Assembly: GCA_965287045.1 (NCBI GenBank)
Contig: OZ336885.1
Coordinates: 63,364,001-63,428,000 of the forward strand
DNA length: 64,000 nucleotides
From: Carcharhinus amblyrhynchos
Taxonomy: Eukaryota
Reading direction: 5' to 3'
Position 1 is the stretch's first letter; the number at the start of each line of letters is the position of its first letter. The notes beneath the pieces were generated by a model. The model did not search any database. It was not told the DNA's origin and saw only the letters and a list, made by a program, of their open reading frames with translations. Positions 27,210 to 39,642 of the stretch are shown here, piece by piece. The position numbers and the translations under genes are program-made.

Positions 27210-27900
27210 GATTCTTCCCGCCTGCAATAATCGCAAAATATACCATTCAGGTGCAGCATACAATGAGAATGCTAATGTGATGGGAATTGAATTCAATGTA
27301 AGGAAGTCATACCTTAGTTCTGTAAGGCACTACAAAAGTGCACATTTAAATCATTGTGCCCTGTATTGTTTTTTTTTCCAGAGATTGGATAAATGTGTAA
27401 AGAATATTTCAGATGTTTACCAGTAAGTTGAATGGCTGCGTTGTGATGTTATGGAAAATTTGCAGACGAGATCAATTTGTTGGAGTTTAAGTGAGGCAGA
27501 GATGATTGGATATTAATATTGTATAGATGAACGGTCTTGAGAGGGTGAAATTATAGATGCATGTGCTACCTGAAATGAATCTGGAAATAGCGTTAATGAT
27601 CAGAACGGCGATTAGAATCAGAATTAACGTGAGTTCTTATTATTTACTCTCTTAAGGTGTGGCTATACGGATCTCTGTTCCAGTGATTTGGGCAGAATCA
27701 GGATTTGATGCGTTTTTCTTCTCTTTGTCGCAGAGGTAGGACGTAATATTAGCAAACAATGGTGATGAAAACAGAATGGGTCAGTTGTGAATGAGGAGGT
27801 TAGATTGAAATCAGTCATGATTTTCTTCAATATGCATAGTCCTTGATGGGTATGCTCCAAATATCAGGCCCAAATACATGCGTCTGCACAATGGAAGATA
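27210..27900 (+). mobile_element. CR1 LINE 3' fragment, heavily decayed
   Basis: caggtgcagcat...gggaattgaattcaatgtaaggaagtcatacc motif and degenerate tail. Confidence 0.6.
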
Positions 27901-28042
27901 TCCTTGGGAGGTGTTATCTTCGAATGTTGACAAAAAAAATTGATAACTGCATTTCAAAATATGTCAACCAAAATCAAAGTTACTAAGGCAGGCATTGTAA
28001 CATATTGAATGAATGAATAATTTGCCAGTATTATCCAATTAC

Positions 28043-28069
28043 CTTTTTCGTTTGCTTTGAGTTTTTCCT
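28043..28069 (-). CDS. 27-nt microexon (E)EKLKANEK
   Basis: tctttatcgctgtaatag|aggaaaaactcaaagcaaacgaaaaag|gtaatt. Confidence 0.85.
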
Positions 28070-28506
28070 CTATTACAGCGATAAAGATTAACCACAAAAT
28101 TTGTAATTAATCAATAGGGTTTGCATATGTCTTGTTTTATTTTACTTGTCTAGAAATTGGCTGGCAGGCGGCAAAATGCAACGGATTATCAACAATTGAC
28201 TTGTTTCCAATCATCTTTGTTGTCCATTTCCATATATATAACCTTTCCGGTCATATCACATTGAATTGCGCGCAGTATCATTTCTGCTCATAAAATATCC
28301 GCCGTTACTGATATTTGATGTTTTTGCATATTTACACAAAGATGAAATGAACAAGAGTACTCATTGAACAGGCAGGGTAGCAGGCACAAGTTAATGCTGT
28401 TCCCCAAAGCAAGGTAGCTGAAGGTTCTGTGGCCTGTTGTCGATCGCATTTTGAAAGAAAATAGTAAGCGTAATATCAGTAATCACAGAACAATCATGTT
28501 TCTCAC

Positions 28507-28542
28507 CTAACTGGTTCAGTGATTCTTCGCATGCCTTCATAT
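28507..28542 (-). CDS. 36-nt microexon (D)MKACEESLNQL
   Basis: ttattgtctgaattgtag|atatgaaggcatgcgaagaatcactgaaccagttag|gtgaga. Confidence 0.85.
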
Positions 28543-28984
28543 CTACAATTCAGACAATAAAAATTTGAGTGTTTACATCAAAATTTAATTTAGTGACCTT
28601 GCTTCCTGATAAAAACAAACAAAATTCGGATTTCAGCTGAAATTGCTGAGTTGCAGCTCATCAGAACCATAGAACCATTGGATCGTTGCAGCAGAATATA
28701 AGACAATCCTTCCGACCTTATTCTTGCCCCGACCCCACGAAACTGCGATTTGTCTTTTTTTTATCCTAATGTCATCTCCGTGGACATGGTCTATAACCCT
28801 GAAGCTTAAACAAAACAAGATGAAGCTGCATTTGCTGAGATTGTAGGGCTTCTAACACCAGCATCAACACAGAGGGCAAAATCTAATCACCTACTTACGT
28901 CAAAAAAATCATCTCCTATCATACCGCCATGTTTGTGTAATTTATTTCTCTGGATATAGGAAGAAAAATACGATTAGAAAGATG

Positions 28985-29265
28985 TTAACCCATTGCATGC
29001 TGCCCTATCCTGTCTTAATGTTGCATTCATTGATCAAATCACCTTTCAGCTACCTAACATTCAATGAAAACAGCCCCTGCCGAAACAATGTTTCCTTTTA
29101 CGTCATTTCTTCCAGATTTGGCAGCATTCTTGTGAATGTCAATGTTTTTCACTCCAGGGCAATTTCGTCCTTCCTGGTGAACAGAACTGCACACAATGCT
29201 CCAGTTCTGGTCTCACCACTGTTGAACGCAATTACAAAATTGCATCTTAATTTTGCTATTCTGTA
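28985..29265 (-). mobile_element. CR1 fragment, decayed
   Basis: gaacagaactgcacacaatgctccag (reverse of the LEYCVQFW region). Confidence 0.6.
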
Positions 29266-29349
29266 CGTCTGACAACTCAGGAGATCAATCTGTACAAATG
29301 TTTTATAATCCTGTCTATTTAAATCACTGAAATTATGTGCCTGCACACG

Positions 29350-31262
29350 TAAATAGACAACATGGTTTTGTAAAAGGGAGGTCGTCCCTTACAAATCCGG
29401 TGTTATTTTTTGAGGAGGTGAAAAAAAACGGTTGACGAAGGAAGGAACGTGGATGTCATGTATATGGATTTCAGTAAGGCGTTTGACAAAGTCCCTCATA
29501 GCAGTTGGGGGAAAAAAAAGGTTAAGGCTCATGGGATACAAGGACAGGTGGCTAGATGGGTTGAGAACTGGCTTGGTCACAGGACACAGAAGGTATCAGT
29601 GCAAGGGTATTTTTCTAGCTAGAGGTCGGTGACTAGTGGTGTTCCACAGGGCTCCGTACTGGGACCTATGCTATGACATGAAAGAAGGGGTAACTAGTGT
29701 GATCAGCAAGTTTGTGGATGACACGAAGATGACTGGACTTGCTGATAGTGATGAACAGTGCCAGGCAATACAGCACGATATAGATAGGCTGGTAAAAAGG
29801 GTGAATAAATGGCAGATGGAATTTAATCCAGACAAATGTGAGGTAATGCATTTTGGAAGAGCTAATGTAGAGGGGAGTTGTACAATAAATTACAGGGCCA
29901 TTAGAAGTATAGAAACACAGAGGGACCTGGGTGTGCAAATTCACAACTCCTTGCAGGTGGCAGCACAGGTGTAGAAGCTGGTGAAGAAGGCATATGGTAT
30001 GCTTCCCTTTATAGGAAGGGGTATAGAGTATAAAAGCTGGAATCTGATGTTGCAGTTTAATAGAACGTTCGTTAGACCACATTTATCATCCAGTTCTGGC
30101 CGCTGAACTACCTGAACGACGTGGAGGCCTTAGAGAGAAAGCAGAGGAGGTTTACAAGGATGCTGTCTGGTATGGGGGGGGTGGGGGGGGGGGTGGGAGG
30201 TAGTCTCAGCTACGAAGAGAGATTGGGCAAACTGGGGTTGTTCTCCCGGGGAAGGACGGAGAATGAGGGGAGACCTAAAACATGTGTGTAAGATTATGAA
30301 GGGTATAGATAAAGGGAACAGGGAAAGTTTTTTTTTCCCAGGTTGGAGGCGAAGATCACAAGGGATCACGGGCTGAAGGTGAAAGGGTCGACTCAGATGT
30401 CAGCGGGACGTTTTTTACACAGAGGGTTGTGGGGGCCTGGAATGCTCTGCCAAGTAGGTTGGTGAAGGCAGGCACGCCATGATTGTTCAAAACTTACCTG
30501 GATAGGCACATGAGCAGACTGGAGATGGAGGGGTACAAATAATGTTCTAGTTGAAGATCAAGAGCGTCAGGACGTTCCTGGGAATTAACAGATTCCTATC
30601 AGTTATCCAACAAATTTTAAGGCTCACTTTGTCACTTACGTTGGAGCTATTGGGGAACTTCCATTAATGTCTGTATAGTCTGTTGTATGCCTATTTATGT
30701 TTATTGATGTCTCCTTTTGCATCCACAGGCGAATCGGTCCGCCTTGTTGGCCAACAAGGGGCATAACACGCGGTGGGTCGTGCGCGGGCTGCTCTTGGAT
30801 GATGCTTCGAGAGTTGCCGAGTGATTCACGTTTGTTCGTGTACGCTGAAACTGGACCAATTGACGGGCAACACGTCAGCTCAGTGACTATTACTGCTGGT
30901 TACAGCGGCCCGGGTCGGATCTCCGGCTTGGATCAATGCCTGTGGGAGTTTGCACATTCTCCCTGTGCTTGCATGGGTTTTCTCCGGGTGCTCCGGTTTC
31001 CTCCCACATCCCAAAAATTTGCTTTTCAGCCTCATTTGTGTCAATAAATTGACCTTGAATTGGATCTTCCTTTATCTGGCGCACATATAATTCCCTCTGT
31101 TTGCACCCCTTTAGAGTAGAGTTCCACTCGAGGTAGACAAAAACGTCGACGATCGACGAAATACTTGAATAAGGCACTCAATGAGTGTTAAAATGGGCGG
31201 CGTAGGCTTGTAGGGAAAAAGGGCCTCTTTCCTGTGCTGTGCTGTTCTTTGTTCTTTCTTTG
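29350..31262 (+). mobile_element. CR1 LINE (RT to ORF2 end) with extended 3' region containing a spacer and an HE1-type SINE; copy 1
   Basis: ORF 29636-29974 (KFVDDTK...WQMEFNPDKCEVMHFG); spacer about 30720-30900 similar to 57873-58045; SINE core about 30940-31015; gttcttt tail. Confidence 0.85.
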
Positions 31263-31431
31263 CTGTCTCTCAGATTATCGGCTGTGCATTTCCTACAACT
31301 GTTTGCTCTGTCTCAATTCATCTAACATCCATCTGCCGCATTACCCTCCTTCCCCCAAGTCCACTCCCATTCACACACACACATTTTCAGCTGACTGTCA
31401 ACATTGTTTTGTAAACTACAGCTAAGCTCAC

Positions 31432-31467
31432 CGACACCTATTAAATACTCGTCCAGTGTTTGTTTGA
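31432..31467 (-). CDS. 36-nt microexon (F)KQTLDEYLIGV
   Basis: ggcaattttgcag|tcaaacaaacactggacgagtatttaataggtgtcg|gtgagc; its TC start avoids a stop after the T-ending 31614 exon. Confidence 0.7.
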
Positions 31468-31613
31468 CTGCAAAATTGCCATACAGTCACGCCTAGCGCA
31501 TCCCTCTATGGAAGGTAAAATGCTGGACTCAAGTTTCATATATGGGAAGCTGAATTTTGGGAAAGATAAAATGTTCATATTAAAGTTCCATGCGTTGTCT
31601 GTACAGTTCTTAC

Positions 31614-31661
31614 ACTGTTTGTTAGTTGGCTTATCTTCAAAAGTGTCAGTGTTTGCTACTT
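31614..31661 (-). CDS. 48-nt exon (E)VANTDTFEDKPTNKQ
   Basis: ttcgcttgttcatgtag|aagtagc...aacaaacagt|gtaaga; same size as exon 47984-48031. Confidence 0.7.
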
Positions 31662-32689
31662 CTACATGAACAAGCGAATATTAATTTCCATAGTCCCCAT
31701 GCCATTCTGCTTCTCAACCTTCACCAGAGCGTGATCAAGAACAGTTTTTTTTTTACACAACAAATGCCAAGGATTGTGCATTGTGTCGCGCTATCTGTAC
31801 TCCAATCGACTAAGAATGCCTTAGGTTGATGGTACACAGGATCGATGATCCTACGCCACTTACTCCACCCCCACTCCCGCTCCCCACATACCTTAAACAC
31901 AGCAACACAGCACAGAGACAAATACTGACGCCCTATTTGTTAGTATATAACACAAAAACAATCAAAAATATCCTTAATTGCAGCTTCATTTCAGACACCG
32001 AAACAAGCATTTTCCTAATTCGTTCTGTCAGTGAATATCGACACATCAGTGAAAAGACCATGAGTGAAGTTTCATTCGTGGAATCAACAACGTTTCTAGA
32101 CGTGATTCTAACATTGTGTTCACATCATGCAAAAAATAAAACTCGTTATATCACCACTTCCTGCCACTTTCTCGAAGTGTTCAATATAATCTTTCTTCAA
32201 GCACATGCTGACTCTTCATGGCAGACCTGTGACTTTCTAAGAGGCAATTCATCCCATCCAAAAAATTGATTCGACTAATTTGCCCGCGAATGATGCATGA
32301 CTGGTGGACCAATAATTGTTTTGACTTTCGCTTCTATGCCTTTTTTAACAATTGAATTTGGTTTGCCTTCTGCATTGTTCAATCTTGCAGACCAAACGTA
32401 ATGGGTAATCCCCGTGAGCTAATTGCATTTTGCATTAAAATTTGAACGACCCTCTTACATTTCTGATAACCAATCTGTGCAAATTCATAATCATATAATA
32501 AGCTAATGGAGCTATAGTCGCACACAACTCTGTACTCGGCCCCACCATAGACCCTGCATATTCCCGTCAAAGTTACTTACATCATGGCGCAAATGTGTTG
32601 CAAGAGTTCCTCCGAATCTTCCGTGGCCTGCTTTCTCTGTGACCGAATCCTTGATTTCCTAACCCACAAACTGCAATCGTAAAGATAGA

Positions 32690-33600
32690 CAACACTAACT
32701 CCTCCACGATCATCCGCAACACCAGTTCCCGACAAGGCTGTGTCATTAGCTGTTTATTATAATACTTAAACACCTCTGATTCTGTGGTCAAATTACACAC
32801 CAAATTGATGTTCATGTTTTCCGATGCCACCACCGTCGTAGGTCAGAACTCAATCACAGACGAAGAAAGAGATAGATAATCTGTAGAACTAGTTGTGAGA
32901 CCATAATCTCTCCCTCAATGTTAAAATTCGAAAGAGTTATTCATCGGCTGAAGAAGGGATAGTGCAGGACATGGCCCTCTCTATATCAAGGGCGACAAAT
33001 CAGAACATTTTGACAGTGTTACATTGTTGAATATCCAGTTCACCAACATCCTTTCCTGATTAATCTATCCTGACGCTCTCGTTAGGAAAACATAATAACG
33101 CCTCCATTCTCTGGAGGTTAAGATCATTTTGCATACCAGCTTGGCTCTGACCACAGTCCACTTTTGCAACATGGAAAGCATTCTTCCGGGATACATCAAA
33201 GTTTGACATGGCTCCTTATTTGTAAAATGTTGCAGAAAGTACGTAAGATTGTGAAGAAAAAATTGTCCACCTCAAAAAACAACTTTCTATCCATTCAGTC
33301 CGTCTACACTTCCCGCTGACTCAGAAAAAAACACCCTGCATAATCAAGGAACCCACGCACACTGCACATAGTCCATTCCACCTTCTTCAATCATGAAACC
33401 GAAATGCACAATAGTTTGAGGTCACCTACCAAACAACTCATGAATTATGGCTTCCTTCCTGCCATTATACTTTTGAATTGACCTACTAGGCATGAATTTG
33501 ACTTTTCTTAGCAGTCAAACAAGAAGTTCAGTCTACTTCATGCACCCTCTCGTTTTTGTTTTCTCTGTGTATGATATTCTTAGTTTGTAAAGTGCGCGAG
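32690..33600 (+). mobile_element. Rex1/Babar-like LINE RT and 3' fragment, decayed
   Basis: ctccacgatcatccgcaacaccagttccccgacaaggctgtg (NTGxPQG-like), ttttccgatgccaccacc (FADDTT-like), aatctctccctcaatg (NLSLN). Confidence 0.7.
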
Positions 33601-33899
33601 AATCTAAACTTGTTTGTTTGTATACCAGTAAACCTGACAATAATGGACTGTCAAACCTAGGTGCATAGTTCCCCAGAACCGGACAGCATCCACACCATTT
33701 TCTTTTTTGGGGGAGTGTAATGACAGGATATTGCTGAAACCCAGAGAGAAATCGCCGTTAAGCGCTGGAGATTTGTTGGATAATTTGCGTGACTGACATT
33801 GTTTCTCCACTGAAGAAAGGAAACTTGAATAGCTTAGATCAATGTGATCCTTTAATAGGAATGGATTCTTCTGTGGTCTGCCCATTAAATGCAGAATGC

Positions 33900-34900
33900 A
33901 GTTTTGGAAAGATGCGTGTGTGCTGTACTTCCTGAACTGATTGTGTACCTCAGTGATCCGTACAGGGACAGATATGATTTTGATGAAAATGTAAATGAAG
34001 GCTTATTAAGTTTGTCGATGACGTGAAAATAGCTCGTGATGTGACTAGATGAGAGGTATGCAAACGATACAACGGGAGACAGATATATTGCACGTAATCG
34101 GCGAAAAAATGCAGACTATGTTTAACGCAGGCTGGCGTGTTTTACTGAATTTACGTGGAATAAATTTTAATTGTAAATACACAGAGAATGGCAGGACGCT
34201 GAACAGCATGTATGCAAAGAGAAAAGGTCGGGATCATGTCCATAGCTTCTTGGTTGTGATCGCGCAATTAGATGGGGTCGCACAGAGGCCAGGCCATGCC
34301 TTCATTTGTGTCAGGGTATTGATTAAAATGGTCTGTAGATCATGTTGCCTCTTTATCAATCTGTGTTCATGGCAGTCGGCAGATTGTAAACAGAGTGTGC
34401 AGGCTTTGAATAGTGTGTCGTAGAGGTTTACCAGGGTGCTGCCCGAATGACAGTGCATGTTCTGTAAGGAGAGGATGGCCTCGTGGGTTAATTTGCTCAG
34501 GAGCGAGCGGCGGAGGCTGAGGCGATAGATGTCTGGAAAATTATGAGTGGAATGGATCAGTTACCCGCCAAATTCCACCCCCCCACCCCCACGCCCACCC
34601 CCCGCAAATTTGAAATGTCTAATATGCCGGGTCATCCACGTAACGTGTGAAGGAGAAAGATCAGATGAGATGTCAGGGGAAATATATTTATACGCCGAGC
34701 GTGGCAGACATAATGAGGTAGCAGTGAAACCAGGTGGGTTGCTGACTTCTAAGGGAGTTTTAGATGAACACATGCATATTCAAAGAATAGAAGGATATGG
34801 ACCTTGACAGGCAGAAGAGATTAGATTAATTTGTTGTCATGTTAGGCACAACATGGTGGGCTGAGGATTCTACTTTGGTGATGCATCTTTCTGTTGCGCA
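33900..34900 (+). mobile_element. CR1 LINE fragment, decayed
   Basis: aagtttgtcgatgacgtgaaaatag (KFxDD); ORF 34547-34807 ends LDEHMHIQRIEGYGP. Confidence 0.75.
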
Positions 34901-35134
34901 TGATTTTGCTCAAAGAATAATGTGGTGTTTTTAGCCCTGATTTCAATATACAATAAATAGCATGAACCATGTCTACCTTTGTAATTATTTGAACTGCCAG
35001 CGACCGAATTCTGTATTTGGGATGGGCGTGCATTTTTTTTTCTCCATCACTTGGTTTTAAAACTATATAAGATTTCCTTTACGTCTTCACTTTAAATGGT
35101 AAGTCTGAAGCCACGAATGTAGATTCGCATGCAT

Positions 35135-35465
35135 GGCAGCATCAAGCCAGTTTCAAACAGCATGGTAGCATCTAGCACAATTTTCAAGGAAGAGTAACTT
35201 GCGGACCTGCTGAATGGACTGTCCAGTAGAAACTTGCACCAATTCCATCTCTGGAGCTTCGCTTCCTTGCATTCTGTGAGGACTTACACACTTTCCTCGT
35301 GCGTGCATGGGTTTCCTATGGTTGCTCTGATTGCCTCCCACAGTCTGAAAGACGTGATGATGTGTGCATTGACCCGGACAGACTCCGGAGTATGGCGACC
35401 AGAGGAATTTCACAGTAACTCTATTGCAGCTTTAATACAAACCTTACTTGCGACAAATAAGTTAG
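35135..35465 (+). mobile_element. HE1-type SINE, decayed
   Basis: gtgcgtgcatgggtttcc...cccacagtctgaaagacgtg...tttcacagtaactctattgcag...cttacttgcgacaaataa. Confidence 0.8.
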
Positions 35466-35849
35466 TGTTTAAGTTTAAAAAAAGGCCCATGTGAATACGA
35501 TCTGGAATTGTACGCGATCACACTATTATGAAGAGCAAGTTCTACTTTTGGTCTTTCCACCCAGGCTGAAAATGCAACCAATAATAACGCAATAGGCACG
35601 ATGTGTGAAAAGTGATGATAGTTTTTTTTTGTATTCCAGTGGAACACGATTCACCACTTTTTTTTTTCCAGTGCTACCTGTGCATGTTTTATTTTTAATT
35701 TCCAGAGTCATTTTTAAATCATTTTATAGGAGTCAGTACATTTTCTCAGGGTACGAAACCGTGAATATTAAGAATAGTTGGCAAACATTCACTAGAATAA
35801 TTAGGTTTGTAAATGTACCTTCAGTGAAAAATATATTGTGTTGAGACAC

Positions 35850-36060
35850 ATAGAACTACAGAATAACAAAATAGCAAAAAACATCATTCGGCCCATTGAG
35901 CCTGCACCAACACTCTGAAAGTGAATCACACCCAAAATTATATTTGAGCGATATCTCCTGCTAGTCCAGATCCCCATAACACCATACCGTTGCCATGGCT
36001 TTTCAACCCTGCCCACAGATCGTTGGACTGAGGGTGAAAGTGGGAAATTTCGATGCAAAC
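35850..36060 (-). mobile_element. CR1 3' tail fragment
   Basis: atagaactacagaa...cattcggcccattgagcctgcacc. Confidence 0.55.
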
Positions 36061-36949
36061 CGAGGTCGAAATCGTATCAGGGCCCCTGATGATGTTAACA
36101 TTTGACAAAAAATATATATATGGACGTTCTTTTATATAATTCATGTTGTAGGCGATTTCTAATGGCTCCGGATTCTCCAGTTTCTATACGTCACTCATTC
36201 AACCTGCCCAATTCACCACCATCAGCAGACAACAAGGCTTTTATCGCAGAGGCATAACGTCTTGTATCCTGCAGCTCAGTGACCGCTGATGAATCTCCAC
36301 ACAATCCAAACTCTCACCCATCTTTCCCCTCATTTCCAAAACGTTGTGAAAGCCAGTGAAACGGATCGAGACACAAGAAAACAGGCATATCTCTCCAAGC
36401 GTAGCACACTGCTTTGGCACTCCCTGTTCATGACACTGAAGATGTTTCTAGACAACATTTCGACGAGTGTTTGTGGATATGGCTACGCATCATTGGTTTC
36501 TTATGGTCGAGTTGCAATGTTGAAAATGTTCTCGATCGATATCTCCTTTAGTGAAACTGTCAAATTTTAAATCGTAATGCCAGAAAGATCGATGTATCAG
36601 TCCACAGTAATGATATACGTCGCTTGTACAGAAAGTAGCAGACCGCAAACAAATTCTGCGTAGCACAAAAAAACGAGCAGAAAAGACAAAAGTGGAAATA
36701 ACAATTATAAGTTTTTCATCAAAATAATACTCCATTTGTCTAGCACTGGTTAATTTTCTTTACAATATCATTTGCTTTCCTATAGGCCATAAGATCCTTG
36801 TTTCTCGGTGTTACAGATATTAAACTATTGACCATACAAACAACAAATGGTTGAGGATTAGGAACGAAATGATAGGAGATAACATCTTCGCTCCCTCAAT
36901 GGCAATTTGTTGGTACCTCAAATCACAGTCAACTGTGGAAGCTGTCCAC

Positions 36950-37590
36950 GGAGACAACCAATTTCTCAAGGGCATCAGCTTCCAAATTTTAACCGACCAT
37001 GCCTTAAGTTGATACATTTTATTTTCCAAACAGACCTGTCCCACTTAAAAAATACAGTTGAAAACTGTAACCTCGGCCTAGTTGAACGACACATAGGACA
37101 CAACTTCGACATCACTGACACCACCCCGCCTGTTCAAATTTAATTTCGCATGCCGACCAGCGAAGCCCTCCTCAACGCTTCCATGAATAACTCCCAAACC
37201 TTGGGCAATCGGGCACTATATTAACCCGACCTAGCAGTGACTGCCCCCAATCGAATCGAACAACACCCCATCAGCAATTCCAATCCGGACTCCGGATATT
37301 CCTGTAAGTTCAGCGATCACAAAAAAAAACTCCGAACGTGCCTGGATATACTGCCCAAACTGCCGCAGAACCTCGCCTCCGCACAACTAGCCTTAACAAC
37401 CTAAATCACCGACTGGCCACAATACGCCATACGTCTGTATACTGAAATCAATCACCGACAGGGTTGAACACAATCAGGCAGACAAACCAGCCACTTATTC
37501 CAACAATGCATTTTGCAAGACAACTTTCCACCGAACACAAATTGAGCCATTGGCAAACATTCAAACGGCGGACCCAAGTGGAAATCATCC
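36950..37590 (+). mobile_element. Possible Penelope-like element remnant
   Basis: A/C-rich degenerate similarity to shark Penelope GIY-YIG-region sequence recalled from memory; no ORF. Confidence 0.3.
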
Positions 37591-37603
37591 TTCCTTCGGA
37601 CCT

Positions 37604-37903
37604 AGGCAGCACGGTGACATAGCACCGCTGCCTCAGAAAGTGGCACCCGCGTTCGGTTACTGACTTGGGTGACAGACTGGGTGGAGTTTGCACGTGGTGA
37701 CCGTGCCTGCATGAATTTCTTCCGGGTGGACATCTTTCCTCCTACAACCTGTCAGATGTTCTTGTAAGGTGTATTGGCCACGCTAAATTTCACCAGAGTG
37801 ATCCTGAACAGGTGCCGCCACGTGGCGACGAGGGGATTTTCACTATAATTTCATTGTGGTGTTGGTGTAAGTCTAATTGTGAAACTAATAAATAAATATA
37901 AAC
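37604..37903 (+). mobile_element. HE1-type SINE
   Basis: ggcagcacggtgacatag...gtggagtttgcacg...attggccacgctaaatt...gtgaaactaataaataaa. Confidence 0.85.
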
Positions 37904-38512
37904 ATAATACCGGGCAGAGTAAATCAATCAAACAAGAACAGATCTTCAGCATACTGCAAGAGGCTGTCATCCAACACTGCCCTCACTACCCCACGTTCTG
38001 TTCTACTACCACCTGACCGAGATGAAATCTCAATATCTTGGCCGTGCTTGAAGCACGGAAAGCTGCACCCTCCAATGTATTGTCTCCCCTAATAGCTTCC
38101 CCAATACTCACCTATGCATAAATCATTCCGCTACTTGTATACACTTAGATTAAACACTCAAAACATCCCTGGACCGATATTTTTAATCAGCACTTTACTA
38201 TTGTCTTCGTTGTGGCAGCTGGGGCATATAAAGTTACTTTACAGCCCACACTTCGAATGTGTTAAATGTGGTTGACTTTCTTAGAAATTAGCCTTTATAA
38301 TTGCTTAATGTGGCTGCTCTCAGATGCTGAGTTAGGGGAGGCATCCACAGAAGAAAGTTGCCACACCTCATGAGGCAGGAATTGGTAACGCTAAACTGAT
38401 GAAGTCTGCCTTCAAAGAGTAACACAATCGGCTGGGCCCTGGCTCCAATGTCGCTAACGTGCATCTTTCTCGTGGAAAGCAATGTAAATACTCAGCAAAC
38501 ATATATGCTTAC

Positions 38513-38527
38513 CCAAATAAGTCTTTT
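38513..38527 (-). CDS. 15-nt microexon (E)KTYL
   Basis: cttgatctaattcacag|aaaagacttatttgg|gtaagc; same aattcacag acceptor as 22785-22799. Confidence 0.7.
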
Positions 38528-39642
38528 CTGTGAATTAGATCAAGCACATGGAATATGCATAAGCATTTAGAAAATAAAACAAACCATATCACCTACAAAT
38601 GTGCAGGCATAACACTGTCAATTTAGAGGGAAAGAGAGTGAAGTAACACAACTAAAATTGCATTGCCTGGGCAGGCATATTTCAGAAAAAAAAAATGCAT
38701 GTGCACCTGTCATGATAAAAAAAAGTGTATGCATCATACAAATAAATAACCAGCAGCATGCACCACACGAGTCATAAAAGTGTCCAAGTATGTCGCGCTC
38801 CAAAAGGTGCAGGTTGAAATTTAAATTCTGAAGCAAAAAAAAAGAAATCAGTAAACAATGCCAAACGGTCTGACTTTAACCACGGTTAGGTAAATCATCA
38901 ACCCACTTTTCGTCAGAAAGTTACCCTAAGAGGAGTTGTCGGATTCCGGTTCAAGAATTCACTGGGTACGCAGAGCCACAGAATGGAAGGCAAGTAATCG
39001 AATTGTGCAGCAAATACGCACCATTCTGCATATTAATGTGCATAAACCTCAAGCACACTCATGAGAATTCAATTGCAACTTAAATTGAAAGGGCGACTCG
39101 TATTTCCATAGCGGGTTAACAAAATACAAAGCGTTTTACAAACTCTGAGGTGCATATCATGTTATCATTCATCGCTAAAATGTTCATGATTTCTTTTCAC
39201 GTAATTAATGATGTCCGGTATTACCATATCCTCCACAAACAGATGTTCTGAAACAAATACCCATCATTCACGTGAGCATTGCTACTCAAAAACGGTTAAC
39301 TGTTTTCTTTCATATTGGATGTATTATTGTCCACAACGAAAACACAATTTACCTCGAAGTTATTTGACAATAATAAAGCCATTCTTAAATATTACCGTAC
39401 AAATGCATAAATTGTTGAGCGGATGATTGCGTTTGGCAATGTCAATGAACAATGAGTCCAGGGATTTGAGCTGATGCTTAGTTCAAATAACAATACCTAT
39501 CTCACGTACACTTATCGACTTCCGATGTCTAAATAAATACAAGGTAGGCGTAGAAATTTGGTCATTGAGTGTTCTTTATTCTCAGGTTAGGCTATTCCAC
39601 ATTTAACTATAGCAGTGCAAAACTCTCAAGTGTGGTGGGGGA

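Noticed and set aside
31892-31989. Signal-peptide-like MKLQLRIFLIVFVLYTNK and a 41-nt hydrophobic exon candidate
   Set aside because: In-frame TAG, hydrophobicity explained by a T-rich tract, phase does not fit the next exon, and the array continues upstream.
36619-36735. Possible transmembrane exon (NLFAVCYFLYKR)
   Set aside because: 37 nt, asymmetric phase, weak donor, and located mid-array.
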